Source: Candidatus Hadarchaeota archaeon
GTDB taxonomy: Archaea > CAYQAE01 > CAYVLA01
Assembly (NCBI GenBank): GCA_964621445.1
Contig: CAZUNO010000015.1
Span: 1 to 64,000 of the forward strand
DNA length: 64,000 bases
Direction of reading: 5' to 3'
Below, piece after piece: positions 1 through 9,355 of the stretch; position 1 is the first letter of the stretch; each line of letters begins with the position of its first letter. The notes under the pieces are model-generated. The model had not been told where the DNA came from. It ran no database searches and worked only from the letters and a program-made list of their open reading frames with translations. The position numbers and the translations under genes are program-made.

Positions 1-118
1 AGGACTAGACCCACACCAACAAATGCACAAAACAATACGAAGCTAAACACATACTTTTGGATCTTCAGGGAACGGAATATGTAATAATGCCGGACTTGGA
101 TACCAAGGCCGTGGTATC

Positions 119-1264
119 ATGGTTACAAAGGTAGGCCAAAATAAGAGAATGACAAAGAGGCAGGCAGTCCTGGCCACCATTCAGGGAAAGCCCGCTGACA
201 GGATTCCCTTCGTCCAGGAGTGGCCCTACCTGCCCACCGGGGAGGCGGAGCTCGAGGCCAGAAACAGGGGGCTCAGCCTCTACTACCGGATGCCCGCCTA
301 CAGGGAGAGCCGGCCCAACGTGAAGGTTACCAGGGTCGAGGTTCCCGGAAAACCAGTAAGGGTCAGGTACGACACCCCGGTAGGAAGCGTGTGGCAGCCC
401 CTCCACCAACGACCATTCATGGGGGCCATGCAGGGCGTTCACGACTACCAGGGGATCGGTTCATACGTGACCGGGGGCATGGTCAAGGACCCCGAGGATT
501 ACAGGGTGCTGAAGTTCATGGCCCAGGACGCCGAGTACCAGCCCCACTACCAGGCCATAGAGAGATTTAAGGAGATAGTGGGGGAGGAGGGGATAGTCAT
601 GGCCTTCAAGGGGGATATTGGATTTCATGCCCCCTACACCACACTGCTCATCGATTGGGTGGGGGCTAAGAGGCTGTGCATCGACCAGTACAGGCACCCC
701 GAGCTGGTGGAGGAGGTCCTGGAGGCCCTGGCCGAGTCCCAGAGGAAGTTCTGGCCCTACTTCGTGGATGCCCCCGCAGACATGATAATGTACGGGGACC
801 ACATAGATGACAAGTTCATCAGCCCCTCGGCCTTCGAGGAATACATACTCCCTTTCCATAACCAGTTCGCCCGGCTGGCCCACTCCAAGGGCAAGTACAC
901 CTGCATCCACTGCGATGGAGGGCTTGACAGGCTAAAGGGGCCCATAGCCGACCTGGAGCACGATGTGATCCATGCCATTACCCCGCCTCCGGTGGGAAAC
1001 CTGGGTGTCAGGGAGGCCCTGGAGGCCTGGCCGGAAAAGATCCTGTGGGTCAACTACGAATACCACTCCCTGGGCCCTAAGGCACTCAAGAAGCACCTAC
1101 TGAAGTTGCTGAGATCCATCATCCCCGGCTACAGGGTGATAATGGACGCCTCCACCGAGAGATGGGTGCCGCTGGACTGTCTCAGGATGTTCTCCGATAT
1201 AATGTCCAGGTGCGCACTTCCCCTCACCGAGAAGAAGATAAGGAGAATCGAGAGGGAGGTTTAA
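119..1264 (+). CDS. Uroporphyrinogen decarboxylase/MtaA-CmuA methyltransferase family protein (start probably ATG 149)
   Basis: N-terminal MTKRQAVLATIQGKPADRIP, YDTPVG, ISPSAFEEYILPFH, CIHCDG and ITPPPVGN motifs typical of the URO-D superfamily. Confidence 0.8.
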   Translation: MVTKVGQNKRMTKRQAVLATIQGKPADRIPFVQEWPYLPTGEAELEARNRGLSLYYRMPAYRESRPNVKVTRVEVPGKPVRVRYDTPVGSVWQPLHQRPFMGAMQGVHDYQGIGSYVTGGMVKDPEDYRVLKFMAQDAEYQPHYQAIERFKEIVGEEGIVMAFKGDIGFHAPYTTLLIDWVGAKRLCIDQYRHPELVEEVLEALAESQRKFWPYFVDAPADMIMYGDHIDDKFISPSAFEEYILPFHNQFARLAHSKGKYTCIHCDGGLDRLKGPIADLEHDVIHAITPPPVGNLGVREALEAWPEKILWVNYEYHSLGPKALKKHLLKLLRSIIPGYRVIMDASTERWVPLDCLRMFSDIMSRCALPLTEKKIRRIEREV

Positions 1265-1338
1265 GCCCCCAAAGTCCTCAGTGTTGATTATCGTGAGTGT
1301 AATCGAGGGCATTTATTAGGAAATAGAAGCATTAGTAA

Positions 1339-1614
1339 TTGGTGGTAATTGTGGAAATTATAACCGTTGACAAAGTTGGGAGAGTCGTTCTTCCCAAGGA
1401 GACTAGGGACAAACTGCAAATTGAGAATGGAACCAAGTTGCTGGTCGTCGAGGTAAAGGAGGACACGCTGGTGTTGAAGAAACTGAATATCCAGGAAATG
1501 AAGAAGCAGCTCGACATGGATTTGGAGAATGTTGACCTTGAAGGACTATTGAAAAGGGTGAGAGTGGATACAAATGAAAAGGTCAAAGGGGCGTACCCGG
1601 AAATTCTTGGTTGA
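1339..1614 (+). CDS. AbrB/MazE/SpoVT-family antitoxin (VapB-like)
   Basis: VDKVGRVVLPKETRDKLQI swapped-hairpin motif; overlaps the downstream PIN gene. Confidence 0.85.
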   Translation: MVVIVEIITVDKVGRVVLPKETRDKLQIENGTKLLVVEVKEDTLVLKKLNIQEMKKQLDMDLENVDLEGLLKRVRVDTNEKVKGAYPEILG

Positions 1615-2008
1615 TACTAATGCATTTGTATCAGCAATCAAGAAACCAGGGAAGGCCCTTGAACTCCTACTAAGATTGTTGGGAAAGGAATTCAATTTAG
1701 TGGCCAATCCCTATCTGGTGGATGAGTATACCAGGTATTCCAGGGAGCTGCCTTCCGATGTTGCGCGCTTTTTGATGGCGGAACTTTGTTCGAGGCTCCG
1801 GGTGGTAGAGGTGGCGGAGAGATTTGTTAGGTTATGCAAGCCATATTTCCAGCCCGGAGAGGCAGTGGATATTCTTATTGCAGCCACATGTCTACAGGAA
1901 GGTGCAGTTCTAATAACGAATGATAAACATTTCACCGAAATAATGGAAGAGGGAGTGATCGAGGTATGGAGCATTTCCGATGCGATCGATGAACTCCTCC
2001 GGAATTGA
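1574..2008 (+). CDS. PIN-domain toxin (VapC-like ribonuclease)
   Basis: FLVDTNAFV, E(Y), DILIAA and ITNDKHF acidic PIN motifs; coupled to the AbrB gene. Confidence 0.88.
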   Translation: MKRSKGRTRKFLVDTNAFVSAIKKPGKALELLLRLLGKEFNLVANPYLVDEYTRYSRELPSDVARFLMAELCSRLRVVEVAERFVRLCKPYFQPGEAVDILIAATCLQEGAVLITNDKHFTEIMEEGVIEVWSISDAIDELLRN

Positions 2009-2240
2009 TGGAACGAGGATTTTTTTAATCCACCAATTCTTATTTCTTAGTCCTACCAAGATTATCGTATTTCGCCAACGAGTGTAGAATTCCTCACTCT
2101 AAGAGGATGAAAACGCCGAAGGCCGAACGCCTAATTGCCAATTAGTCCGCAAGGATGCGATAGAGGTTTTAGAATAAGTCGGGATAGAGCTAAACAATAC
2201 TTTTGATTTCTTGGGGTAAAAGAGCTGGTGCCGGATGCTT

Positions 2241-2324
2241 GCTGGGGTGACTGAGCGGCCGAAAATGTCCGGTTGAAAACCGGATAAGGCTCAGCCTTCC
2301 CGGGTTCGAATCCCGGCCCCGGCG
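2241..2324 (+). tRNA. Class II tRNA with serine-type body; anticodon reads GAA in the canonical register (tRNA-Ser-like/atypical, possibly a pseudo-tRNA)
   Basis: Acceptor GCTGGGG/CCCCGGC + G73; D-loop GAGCGGCCGA; anticodon stem TCCGG/CCGGA with loop TTGAAAA; variable arm AAGGC-TCA-GCCTT; T-arm CCGGG-TTCGAAT-CCCGG. Confidence 0.85.
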
Positions 2325-2643
2325 CCTGTCCGGCACCAATATTAGTATTATCTTAAGCGGTATTAAAGTATTGCCTGAGCTTGTCGACAAAGACATGAAA
2401 ATATCCTTAACTGGTATTTTTTGAAATCTACCGGTGGAAACCTGCTCTGCTTTTCCGCGTACATTTCCCCATCCGATTACTACCATGAAGTCGTTCAGTG
2501 GGGCATAAATCCATAACACCCACCATAATGTGAATAATTGCGTTTTTTTCAGTCCGAAATTCGATTGGCCGGCCCCGAAGAATTCGCTTGCTAGGGAAAC
2601 CGACTCAACTCTAATCCACTAACCTTATTTCCATCCTGAAGAG

Positions 2644-5622
2644 TCAGATGTCAATGCTGATCTTCCTCCCCACCTGGATGGTGACCGGGCCCATTAGACC
2701 GGAGGGAGGCAAGGGCTGGTAGCCGAATAGTTCCTGGGCACGTTTTCTCCGGGTGCCGGCATCTCCCCCCAGACGCTCTTTGAGATGGTCGGGGACCGGT
2801 GGAATCTCCTCCAGCCCCGAGACCCGGTTTATCAGCGTGTTGGTAACCTTAACCACCAGGGAGTTGGTGCCCGGTCTGGCGGCTTCCGTAATGTCCAGTG
2901 TTTGTCCCCGCATCCAGCGGACCCCAACGTCAATTCCGTTTAGCTCAACCTCCGCGATGTCGCCCACCGAGCCCAGGTCCAGGTCGAGAAGTAGATCCTT
3001 GAAAAGATAGGATACCGGAAGATCGAACTTTACCTCGTACCGTCCCGTCCCGCTGAAATGCTTGGTCCTTTCATCCTCGGTCCACGATCCTAGCCCGGAC
3101 AGGGAAATGGAGGTTTCCGGGAAATCCTTCCCTTTCAATAAGAGTTGCCAGTCGCCCTCTATCCTGAAGTAAGGGGGTATATCCTCTACACTGGTCCTGC
3201 CCGAGCTCCCGTCATCCAGGGTAACCCCATGTATTCCATTTTGGGAGACGATGCCCTGCACGGCATGGTCGTTAACGCGAATCACGCGATCCAGGGTGGA
3301 TTCGGTAACGTGTCCCTGTGTATTCTGTTGATCCTCGAAAACAATGAATGTTGAACCGTAGGGTGGCAGGGAGATGGGTAGGCGGGTTACCTCCCCCTCC
3401 TCCCGGTACTCCCAGAGCCGGTGGATCTCCCCCGACACGGGATTACATTCGGTGGGCCTCTTACCGGTAACCCGGAAGGCTAGCGGCATGTCCATGGCTC
3501 GGTCCTGTACATTTGCCACGAAGTAGATATCACGTTCATCGGTCCTCCTGTGGATGTGGGTAATTCCTCGGTTCTCGCGTATGTCGTGTTTCAGGAAATC
3601 GATGCCCATGTCGGGGGTGACGTGTTCCCGGAGAACGTTCAGGAAGGGATCGAACACGCTGGCGTGCCTGTCAAGGGGGTTTGAGCGGTCGATCACGTTA
3701 TGGATATGGTAGGTCTTACCGCGCCCGTACTCCCTGGGCGCGGTGGGGTTGACCCGCCACCGGGGAAGGTCGAACATCTCCTCAACAATCCTCCTTACCT
3801 CCCGGTCCCGGCTCTCCCAGTCCTGCATTCCGACCGAGGCCTCGGGAACTCGTTCCAGGGCCACCACCTTGCCTCCTCCCTCGACCCAGTCCCGCACGGC
3901 CTTCAGGGTCTCCAGGGGCATGGCCCGGATGTTGGGCAGGATCAGTACCGAGTACTCGGTCTCGTTGATGGTGATCGTGCCCTTTTCCATGCGGGAAAGG
4001 TTGACGAGAGAATCATCATTTACCAGGTCGAAGTCGTACCCGTTGGCGATAAGCAGCCTGCCAAGTTCGCCCCACTCGAAACCCCGTGGCCAGCTGCGAG
4101 CGTTGAGCACGTCCTCGGTCCACTGGCTGGCCAGTGGAGAATAGACGGCGATATCGGCAACGAAACTGCCCTGCCTCAGCAGGTGACAACAGCGGGCCAA
4201 GTAGTCGCTGAGACGGCGGTAGTACTTCCACCACACGTTGGGGTGGCTTATGAGAACCTCGGACTGGAACCTCCTAGAGGGAGCGGTCTCCCGTTCGGGG
4301 GTGCAGCTGTAGCCATGGTTGTAGAACTTGTTGGCCCCAGATCGCAGGAACATGTCGGAGGCGATCTTCAGCTCCTCCAGGGTACCCCGGTAGGACTCCC
4401 AGTGGAGATATGTGTAGGCCTCCACGCTGACGACATTCCTGCCGTAGATGTGGGCCCCCGAGGACACGTACTTCTTGGGACCTATACGGGTGTCGAACCG
4501 GGTCAGGGTGTCCTTCTCCCCGGCAGTGATCTCCATCTCCGGGATATGGGTCATGCCCGCCCCCTCAATGATGTCAGTGGTGAACCCGTAGGGCTGGATT
4601 CTGCCCCTTACCCCGTTTCGCTGGCACCAGTCAAGGAAGGTGGAGAAGAAGGCCTCCAGCCCCACGCGGTGCAGGAAGTGGTTCACGTCGTAGCGAATCC
4701 TCGGGGATATCTCTCCCACCTCCCACCAAATGGCCGGCAGGTAGGGGACCAGGTCGTAACCCTCGGTTTCACGGAACCTGTCCAGGAGACCCCGGCTCCA
4801 GTAGATGCCGTTATCTAGGAGGGCCACCTCGAAGCTATCCACGAAGAAGGACTCCACGGTTTTCCCGAACTCCTCCCCAAATTCCTCCCGGAACCTGCCT
4901 CCCAGGTGTTTGCAGTACCGCTCCATGGCCTCCTTGTTGAAATGGTCGATGGCGTGTCCCTGTCCAGTTGGCTTGAGCCAGAAGGCCATCAGCTGCCACT
5001 GGCCATCAGGGACCTCCCACTCCAGACTGCGACCATCGACTCTTCCCGTGAGGTCCAGGAGGCTATCCTCTTGTAAAACTCCGTCCCCAACCCTGGCCGC
5101 TACCATGGCTAGAAGTTCATCCTTCGGGTCTATTCCCTCCAGACGTATCTGCCCGGTTTGGGGATGATCGCCTATGTCTATTGGTATCTCTCCAGAAAAG
5201 GTTGTGGATCCAGTGATGCGGGTCCATGTGGGTACCATGTTCATGCTCCTGTCCTCGGGTGGAAGCCAGTCTCCGCCGATTACCCAGCCCGGTCCCCCGA
5301 AGTTGAGCGAGAACTCCATGCCCAGCCTTCTGGCCTCCTCGATGGCGTGTTTGACCAGCTCGAAGAACCGGTCTGAGAGGTAGGGGACGTTGCCCTTCCG
5401 GTAGACTGGCTGCATGGTGATCTGCTCCACGCCCCCGATCCCCTGCTCCCGCATCTGCTCCAGCTGCCAGGTAATGTCCTCCTCCAGGGCCGCGTTCCCC
5501 ATCCACCACCAGCGGGTGTGGGGCCGGCAGTATATGGGAGGATCCAAAAAAGAGCTCAAAGTGTTTTCATGGTTCTGGCGTTCCAGGTATTTCTCCGTGT
5601 TGTCCCTGCCCTTCATATTCAA
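2644..5622 (-). CDS. Large glycoside hydrolase, GH106 (alpha-L-rhamnosidase)-like
   Basis: RPHTRWWWMGN, GIGGVEQ, FFVDSFEV and VEAYT motifs; C-terminal sugar-binding domain (DLGSVGDIAEVELNG...VTNTLINR...PSGLMGPV). Confidence 0.85.
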   Translation of the reverse strand: MNMKGRDNTEKYLERQNHENTLSSFLDPPIYCRPHTRWWWMGNAALEEDITWQLEQMREQGIGGVEQITMQPVYRKGNVPYLSDRFFELVKHAIEEARRLGMEFSLNFGGPGWVIGGDWLPPEDRSMNMVPTWTRITGSTTFSGEIPIDIGDHPQTGQIRLEGIDPKDELLAMVAARVGDGVLQEDSLLDLTGRVDGRSLEWEVPDGQWQLMAFWLKPTGQGHAIDHFNKEAMERYCKHLGGRFREEFGEEFGKTVESFFVDSFEVALLDNGIYWSRGLLDRFRETEGYDLVPYLPAIWWEVGEISPRIRYDVNHFLHRVGLEAFFSTFLDWCQRNGVRGRIQPYGFTTDIIEGAGMTHIPEMEITAGEKDTLTRFDTRIGPKKYVSSGAHIYGRNVVSVEAYTYLHWESYRGTLEELKIASDMFLRSGANKFYNHGYSCTPERETAPSRRFQSEVLISHPNVWWKYYRRLSDYLARCCHLLRQGSFVADIAVYSPLASQWTEDVLNARSWPRGFEWGELGRLLIANGYDFDLVNDDSLVNLSRMEKGTITINETEYSVLILPNIRAMPLETLKAVRDWVEGGGKVVALERVPEASVGMQDWESRDREVRRIVEEMFDLPRWRVNPTAPREYGRGKTYHIHNVIDRSNPLDRHASVFDPFLNVLREHVTPDMGIDFLKHDIRENRGITHIHRRTDERDIYFVANVQDRAMDMPLAFRVTGKRPTECNPVSGEIHRLWEYREEGEVTRLPISLPPYGSTFIVFEDQQNTQGHVTESTLDRVIRVNDHAVQGIVSQNGIHGVTLDDGSSGRTSVEDIPPYFRIEGDWQLLLKGKDFPETSISLSGLGSWTEDERTKHFSGTGRYEVKFDLPVSYLFKDLLLDLDLGSVGDIAEVELNGIDVGVRWMRGQTLDITEAARPGTNSLVVKVTNTLINRVSGLEEIPPVPDHLKERLGGDAGTRRKRAQELFGYQPLPPSGLMGPVTIQVGRKISIDI

Positions 5623-5778
5623 TCCACCACGGTATCATTTGATCCGGTGCACGATTCTTGAGGAAATGGCCATCACCGGCATGGCCCTGGAATCCATCTT
5701 TGGGGGATATTAAGGTTTTATGGATTCTTCCTCCCTTACAATTACAGGGGCCTTGCGTTTTTCAACGACGTTTTCGCC

Positions 5779-6012
5779 TTGCTGCCCGCCTCCAGTTCTA
5801 GAGTAGGACTTGGTCCCGATCTGGGGGTTATCGTGCCGACAGAGATGGAATGCGAACTTCATGGCTGGCTGGGAGGCATAGGTAAAACCTGCCGTTATGG
5901 TGTTCCTCTGAATCATACAGGTTCCGCTCAATTGGCTCCTCTTTACGTTGTTGCCGCTGGACTGTCCATCCTCGGTCTTGGCCTGATCTTTTTAGAGATC
6001 TCGATGCCGTGA
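5779..6012 (+). CDS. Possible small membrane protein or gene fragment
   Basis: 77-aa ORF with a hydrophobic C-terminal helix; no recognisable motif. Confidence 0.25.
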   Translation: MLPASSSRVGLGPDLGVIVPTEMECELHGWLGGIGKTCRYGVPLNHTGSAQLAPLYVVAAGLSILGLGLIFLEISMP

Positions 6013-6090
6013 TCTGGGCCTTCCAGCCACGGCCCTGGGTGTTCCCCGGCTTCGGTCCGCTGCGAAGAATCATTCAGCAATTCCGTTGGG

Positions 6091-8745
6091 CTATTCCTTA
6101 ATTACCCGCTGGCTGCCATAGACATTTAGAATTTTCAGTATCTCGTCAGCTATCCAGATGGTGCTCGATACCATGGCTATCAAGAGCCAGTCCGCCCAGG
6201 AGATTCCGGTGGTTCCGAACAGGATCTGGCCGACCGGGGTATGAATCACCCCGATTTGGAGTAGGATCGCAGCTCCCACACCCAGAAGGAGGTATCTGTT
6301 ACTGAACACGCCGATCGAGAAGATCGACTGGTAGTTGGACCGGGCATTTAAAGCCTGGAACCACTGGAAGGCCGCTATGGCGGTAAAGGCGATTGTCCGG
6401 GCGTAATCCAGCCCCCCTTTTCCCTGCGCAAACCAGAACAGTCCAAGCGTACCGGCTGCCATAATCGGGGTTAGAAGGGCCATACGCAGTGCCACCTTTC
6501 GGTCCACGATGGATTCCTTGGGGTCGCGTGGTGGGTGTTTCAGGACATCCGAGTGCCTCGCCTCGACCCCCAGGGGCAGGGTGCATGCGCCGTCAGTCAC
6601 GAGGTTGATCCAGAGAATCATGACCGCCGTAAGGGGCAGATGCAGGCCGATGGCCAGGGCGGCAACCAGGGTGAGAATCTCGCCGAGGTTGGTAGCCAGG
6701 AGGAAGAATACAACGCGGCGTAGATTGCTGTAGATAACCCTGCCTTCCTCCACGGCGCGGACGATCGTGGCGAAGTTGTCATCGGTCAGCACCATGTCGG
6801 CGGCCTCCTTGGCCACCTCGGTGCCGGCCTCCCCCATGGCCACGCCGATATCCGCGCCCTTTAGCGCAGGGGCGTCGTTCACGCCGTCGCCGGTCATCGC
6901 CACTATCTGCCCATGGTCCTTGAGAGCCTCCATGATTTTTAGCTTGTGAGCCGGGGCTACCCGGGCGAACACCCCACCTCGGAGGGCTACCCTTGCCAGG
7001 TCGTTCTTCTCCATGGCCTCGATTTCCTGGCCGCTCACTGCCTCGCCGTTCTCCGAGATTCCTACCTCCCGGGCGATGGCCCGGGCGGTCACGGCGTGAT
7101 CACCGGTAATCATGACCGGATGAATTCCCGCCCCCTTGGCGATCTTCACCGCCGCCGCGCTTTCCTCTCGCGGCGGGTCGATCATGCCCCACAATCCGAC
7201 AAGGGTCAGACCTTTCTCCACATCACCCCGCTCGAGATCATCCCTGCCCGGGGGCACCTCCCGGTATGCTCCCGCCATCACCCGCATCGCATCGGAGGCC
7301 AACTTCTCGTTTATCTCAGCGACCTCTCTCCGCAGCTCCTCGTCCAGCTCCACCCGCTCACCATCCTTGAGGACATGTGAGCAAAAATCCATTACCCGCT
7401 CGGGAGCCCCCTTGACGTACACGATGTCGCTCGAGACCTCCTCTCCCGGATGGAGGGTGGCCATGTACTTGTCTTGGCTGGAGAACGGCACCTCGGCAAG
7501 TCGCTGGTTGTCCTGTTGTATATTGTGTATGTCCAAACCTGCCTTGATCGCCACCACCATCAAAGCCCCCTCGCTGGGATTCCCCTCTACCCTCCACCGA
7601 TCTCCACTCCCCCTAAGATTGGCATTGTTGCAAAGCACCCCGATTCGGAGAAGAAGTTCAAGGGACGGGGGCAGATCCTCAACCCTCCTACCCCCCTCCT
7701 TTAACTCGCCTTTCGGCTCATATCCTTCACCACTAGCCTCGAAGATCTTGCCTCCCGCCCAGAGTCTACGGACCGTCATCTGGTTTTTGGTGATCGTTCC
7801 GGTCTTGTCTGAACAGATCACGGTTGTGGACCCCAGAGTTTCCACCGCCGACAGGCGCCGGATGATCGCGTTCTCATCAGCCATACGGCGCACGCCCAGG
7901 GCCAGGGTCACGCTGATGACGGCGGGGAGTCCCTCGGGGATGGCCGATACGGCCACTGCAACTGAGAACATCAACATCTCGATCAGCTCATAGCTTCGCA
8001 AAAGGCCCAGAATGAACACGGCTCCCGCGAGGGCCAGGCCCCCAACCCCTAGTACCATGCCCAGCCTGTGCATCCTCCTTTGCAACGGGGTTTCCTCTCT
8101 GCGGGTGGCCCTTACCTCCCCGGCAATGCGCCCCATCTGGGTCTGCATCCCGGTCTCCACCACGACGGCCCTGCCACGACCCCCGGTTATACTGGTGGAC
8201 ATCCACACCATATTTCGACGGTCCGCCACCGGCATGTCCTCGTCCATCGCTCCCGGCTGCTTTTCCACCGACTGTGATTCTCCGGTAAGGGCTGACTCAT
8301 CAACCCGTAGATTATCTCCCGACAGCAACAGGGCGTCGGCTGCCACCCGATCACCCGTCTCAAGAAGCAGGATATCCCCTGGAACCACAAGATCCGAATT
8401 GATCTGGGTCGATTTTCCCTCTCGCAAAACCCGGGCCTGGGGCGCTGCCATCTCGCGGAGGGCATCTAAAGCCCCTTCGGCCCGCCATTCCTGGACGAAC
8501 CCCAGGACCGCGTTGACCACGATCACTACCCCAATCACGACAGCATCAACGCGATGCTCAACAAGGAGGGACAACACTGCCGCCCCCATGAGCAGATAGA
8601 TCAAGGGGTTGTGAAACTGTTGTGCCAGAAGGCGAAGGGGGCCAATTCCTTCCTCGGCCTCCAGCAGATTCATCCCCGTCTTTTCAAGCCGTTTCCTAGC
8701 CTGCTCTTCGCTCAAGCCATCCTTCGAAGCGTTGAGGCGATTCAT
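6091..8745 (-). CDS. Cation-transporting P-type ATPase (type IIA, Ca2+-like); true start probably upstream (~8814)
   Basis: LTGES, IPEGL, DKTGT phosphorylation site, KGAPE, MITGD and TGDGVNDAPAL motifs; frame continues upstream with DWHAISVEEA. Confidence 0.95.
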   Translation of the reverse strand: MNRLNASKDGLSEEQARKRLEKTGMNLLEAEEGIGPLRLLAQQFHNPLIYLLMGAAVLSLLVEHRVDAVVIGVVIVVNAVLGFVQEWRAEGALDALREMAAPQARVLREGKSTQINSDLVVPGDILLLETGDRVAADALLLSGDNLRVDESALTGESQSVEKQPGAMDEDMPVADRRNMVWMSTSITGGRGRAVVVETGMQTQMGRIAGEVRATRREETPLQRRMHRLGMVLGVGGLALAGAVFILGLLRSYELIEMLMFSVAVAVSAIPEGLPAVISVTLALGVRRMADENAIIRRLSAVETLGSTTVICSDKTGTITKNQMTVRRLWAGGKIFEASGEGYEPKGELKEGGRRVEDLPPSLELLLRIGVLCNNANLRGSGDRWRVEGNPSEGALMVVAIKAGLDIHNIQQDNQRLAEVPFSSQDKYMATLHPGEEVSSDIVYVKGAPERVMDFCSHVLKDGERVELDEELRREVAEINEKLASDAMRVMAGAYREVPPGRDDLERGDVEKGLTLVGLWGMIDPPREESAAAVKIAKGAGIHPVMITGDHAVTARAIAREVGISENGEAVSGQEIEAMEKNDLARVALRGGVFARVAPAHKLKIMEALKDHGQIVAMTGDGVNDAPALKGADIGVAMGEAGTEVAKEAADMVLTDDNFATIVRAVEEGRVIYSNLRRVVFFLLATNLGEILTLVAALAIGLHLPLTAVMILWINLVTDGACTLPLGVEARHSDVLKHPPRDPKESIVDRKVALRMALLTPIMAAGTLGLFWFAQGKGGLDYARTIAFTAIAAFQWFQALNARSNYQSIFSIGVFSNRYLLLGVGAAILLQIGVIHTPVGQILFGTTGISWADWLLIAMVSSTIWIADEILKILNVYGSQRVIKE

Positions 8746-8916
8746 CGCCTCTTCGACGCTTATGGCGTGCCAGTCAACGGGCGGGGTCTCCTCAGTTGTG
8801 TCATCTTTGTTCAGGCTGGCCCCCCTACATGGAGTTGCTGGACAAGGGCATGTTATGCGTCGTACTTAAATCATGATGCCCGGGATCCCAAGCTTTCGAT
8901 ATTCAGACCCATAGCT

Positions 8917-9060
8917 CTACTCGATAAGGGGGCATTCCAGTTTCCTGATTGGGTATGTCCGGACCAGGCAAGCTTCCCTCCCGCAAGTTCTACACCGACC
9001 CCTGTCCTTAGTCAAGAGGTTGGTGGATATCTTAAAGGTCTTGGCCTGCTTGTGTTGCAT
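8917..9060 (-). CDS. Putative 47-aa Cys-rich microprotein
   Basis: ATG preceded by AGAGGGAC; translates MQHKQAKTFKISTNLLTKDRGRCRTCGREACLVRTYPIRKLECPLIE. Confidence 0.35.
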   Translation of the reverse strand: MQHKQAKTFKISTNLLTKDRGRCRTCGREACLVRTYPIRKLECPLIE

Positions 9061-9355
9061 GTCCCTCTAATCTGCACCGAGGGGCGACGGGGAGTGGGTT
9101 GGGTTAGGAAGGGCATGGCAATTTTCTCATTATTCCCGCCTCAATCACCCTTCATATCCATCCGGTCCTCTCGCAATTCTTGAGTAAATTTTCGCGGTTG
9201 TGTATATAGGTAGGAAAGGCGATTCGGGGGTGTTGAGGTTTATGGCGAACGTTGAGATTTTTCGGTTTCAACCCTATTTCCTCGTCGTGTGGATAAGCTT
9301 TTTGGAAACCCATTAAATTTGGGTGCTTCGTTGACAGATCACGGAAGTTGAGACC

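Noticed and set aside
2268-2298. Reading the tRNA as Ser(TGA), or as Sec because of TCA in the variable loop
   Set aside because: TGA is off-centre in the 7-nt loop or would need a 5-nt loop. TCA is in the variable arm, and the 7/5 acceptor/T geometry is not tRNA-Sec.
2190-2519. 109-aa minus-strand ORF
   Set aside because: It overlaps the tRNA in antisense (RGRDSNPG is the usual antisense-tRNA translation) and has no protein motif.
3700-4818. 372-aa plus-strand ORF and similar long antisense ORFs (7136-7993, 21659-22582, 32617-33426, 47274-48038)
   Set aside because: Shadow ORFs opposite well-supported genes, expected from GC-rich codon bias.
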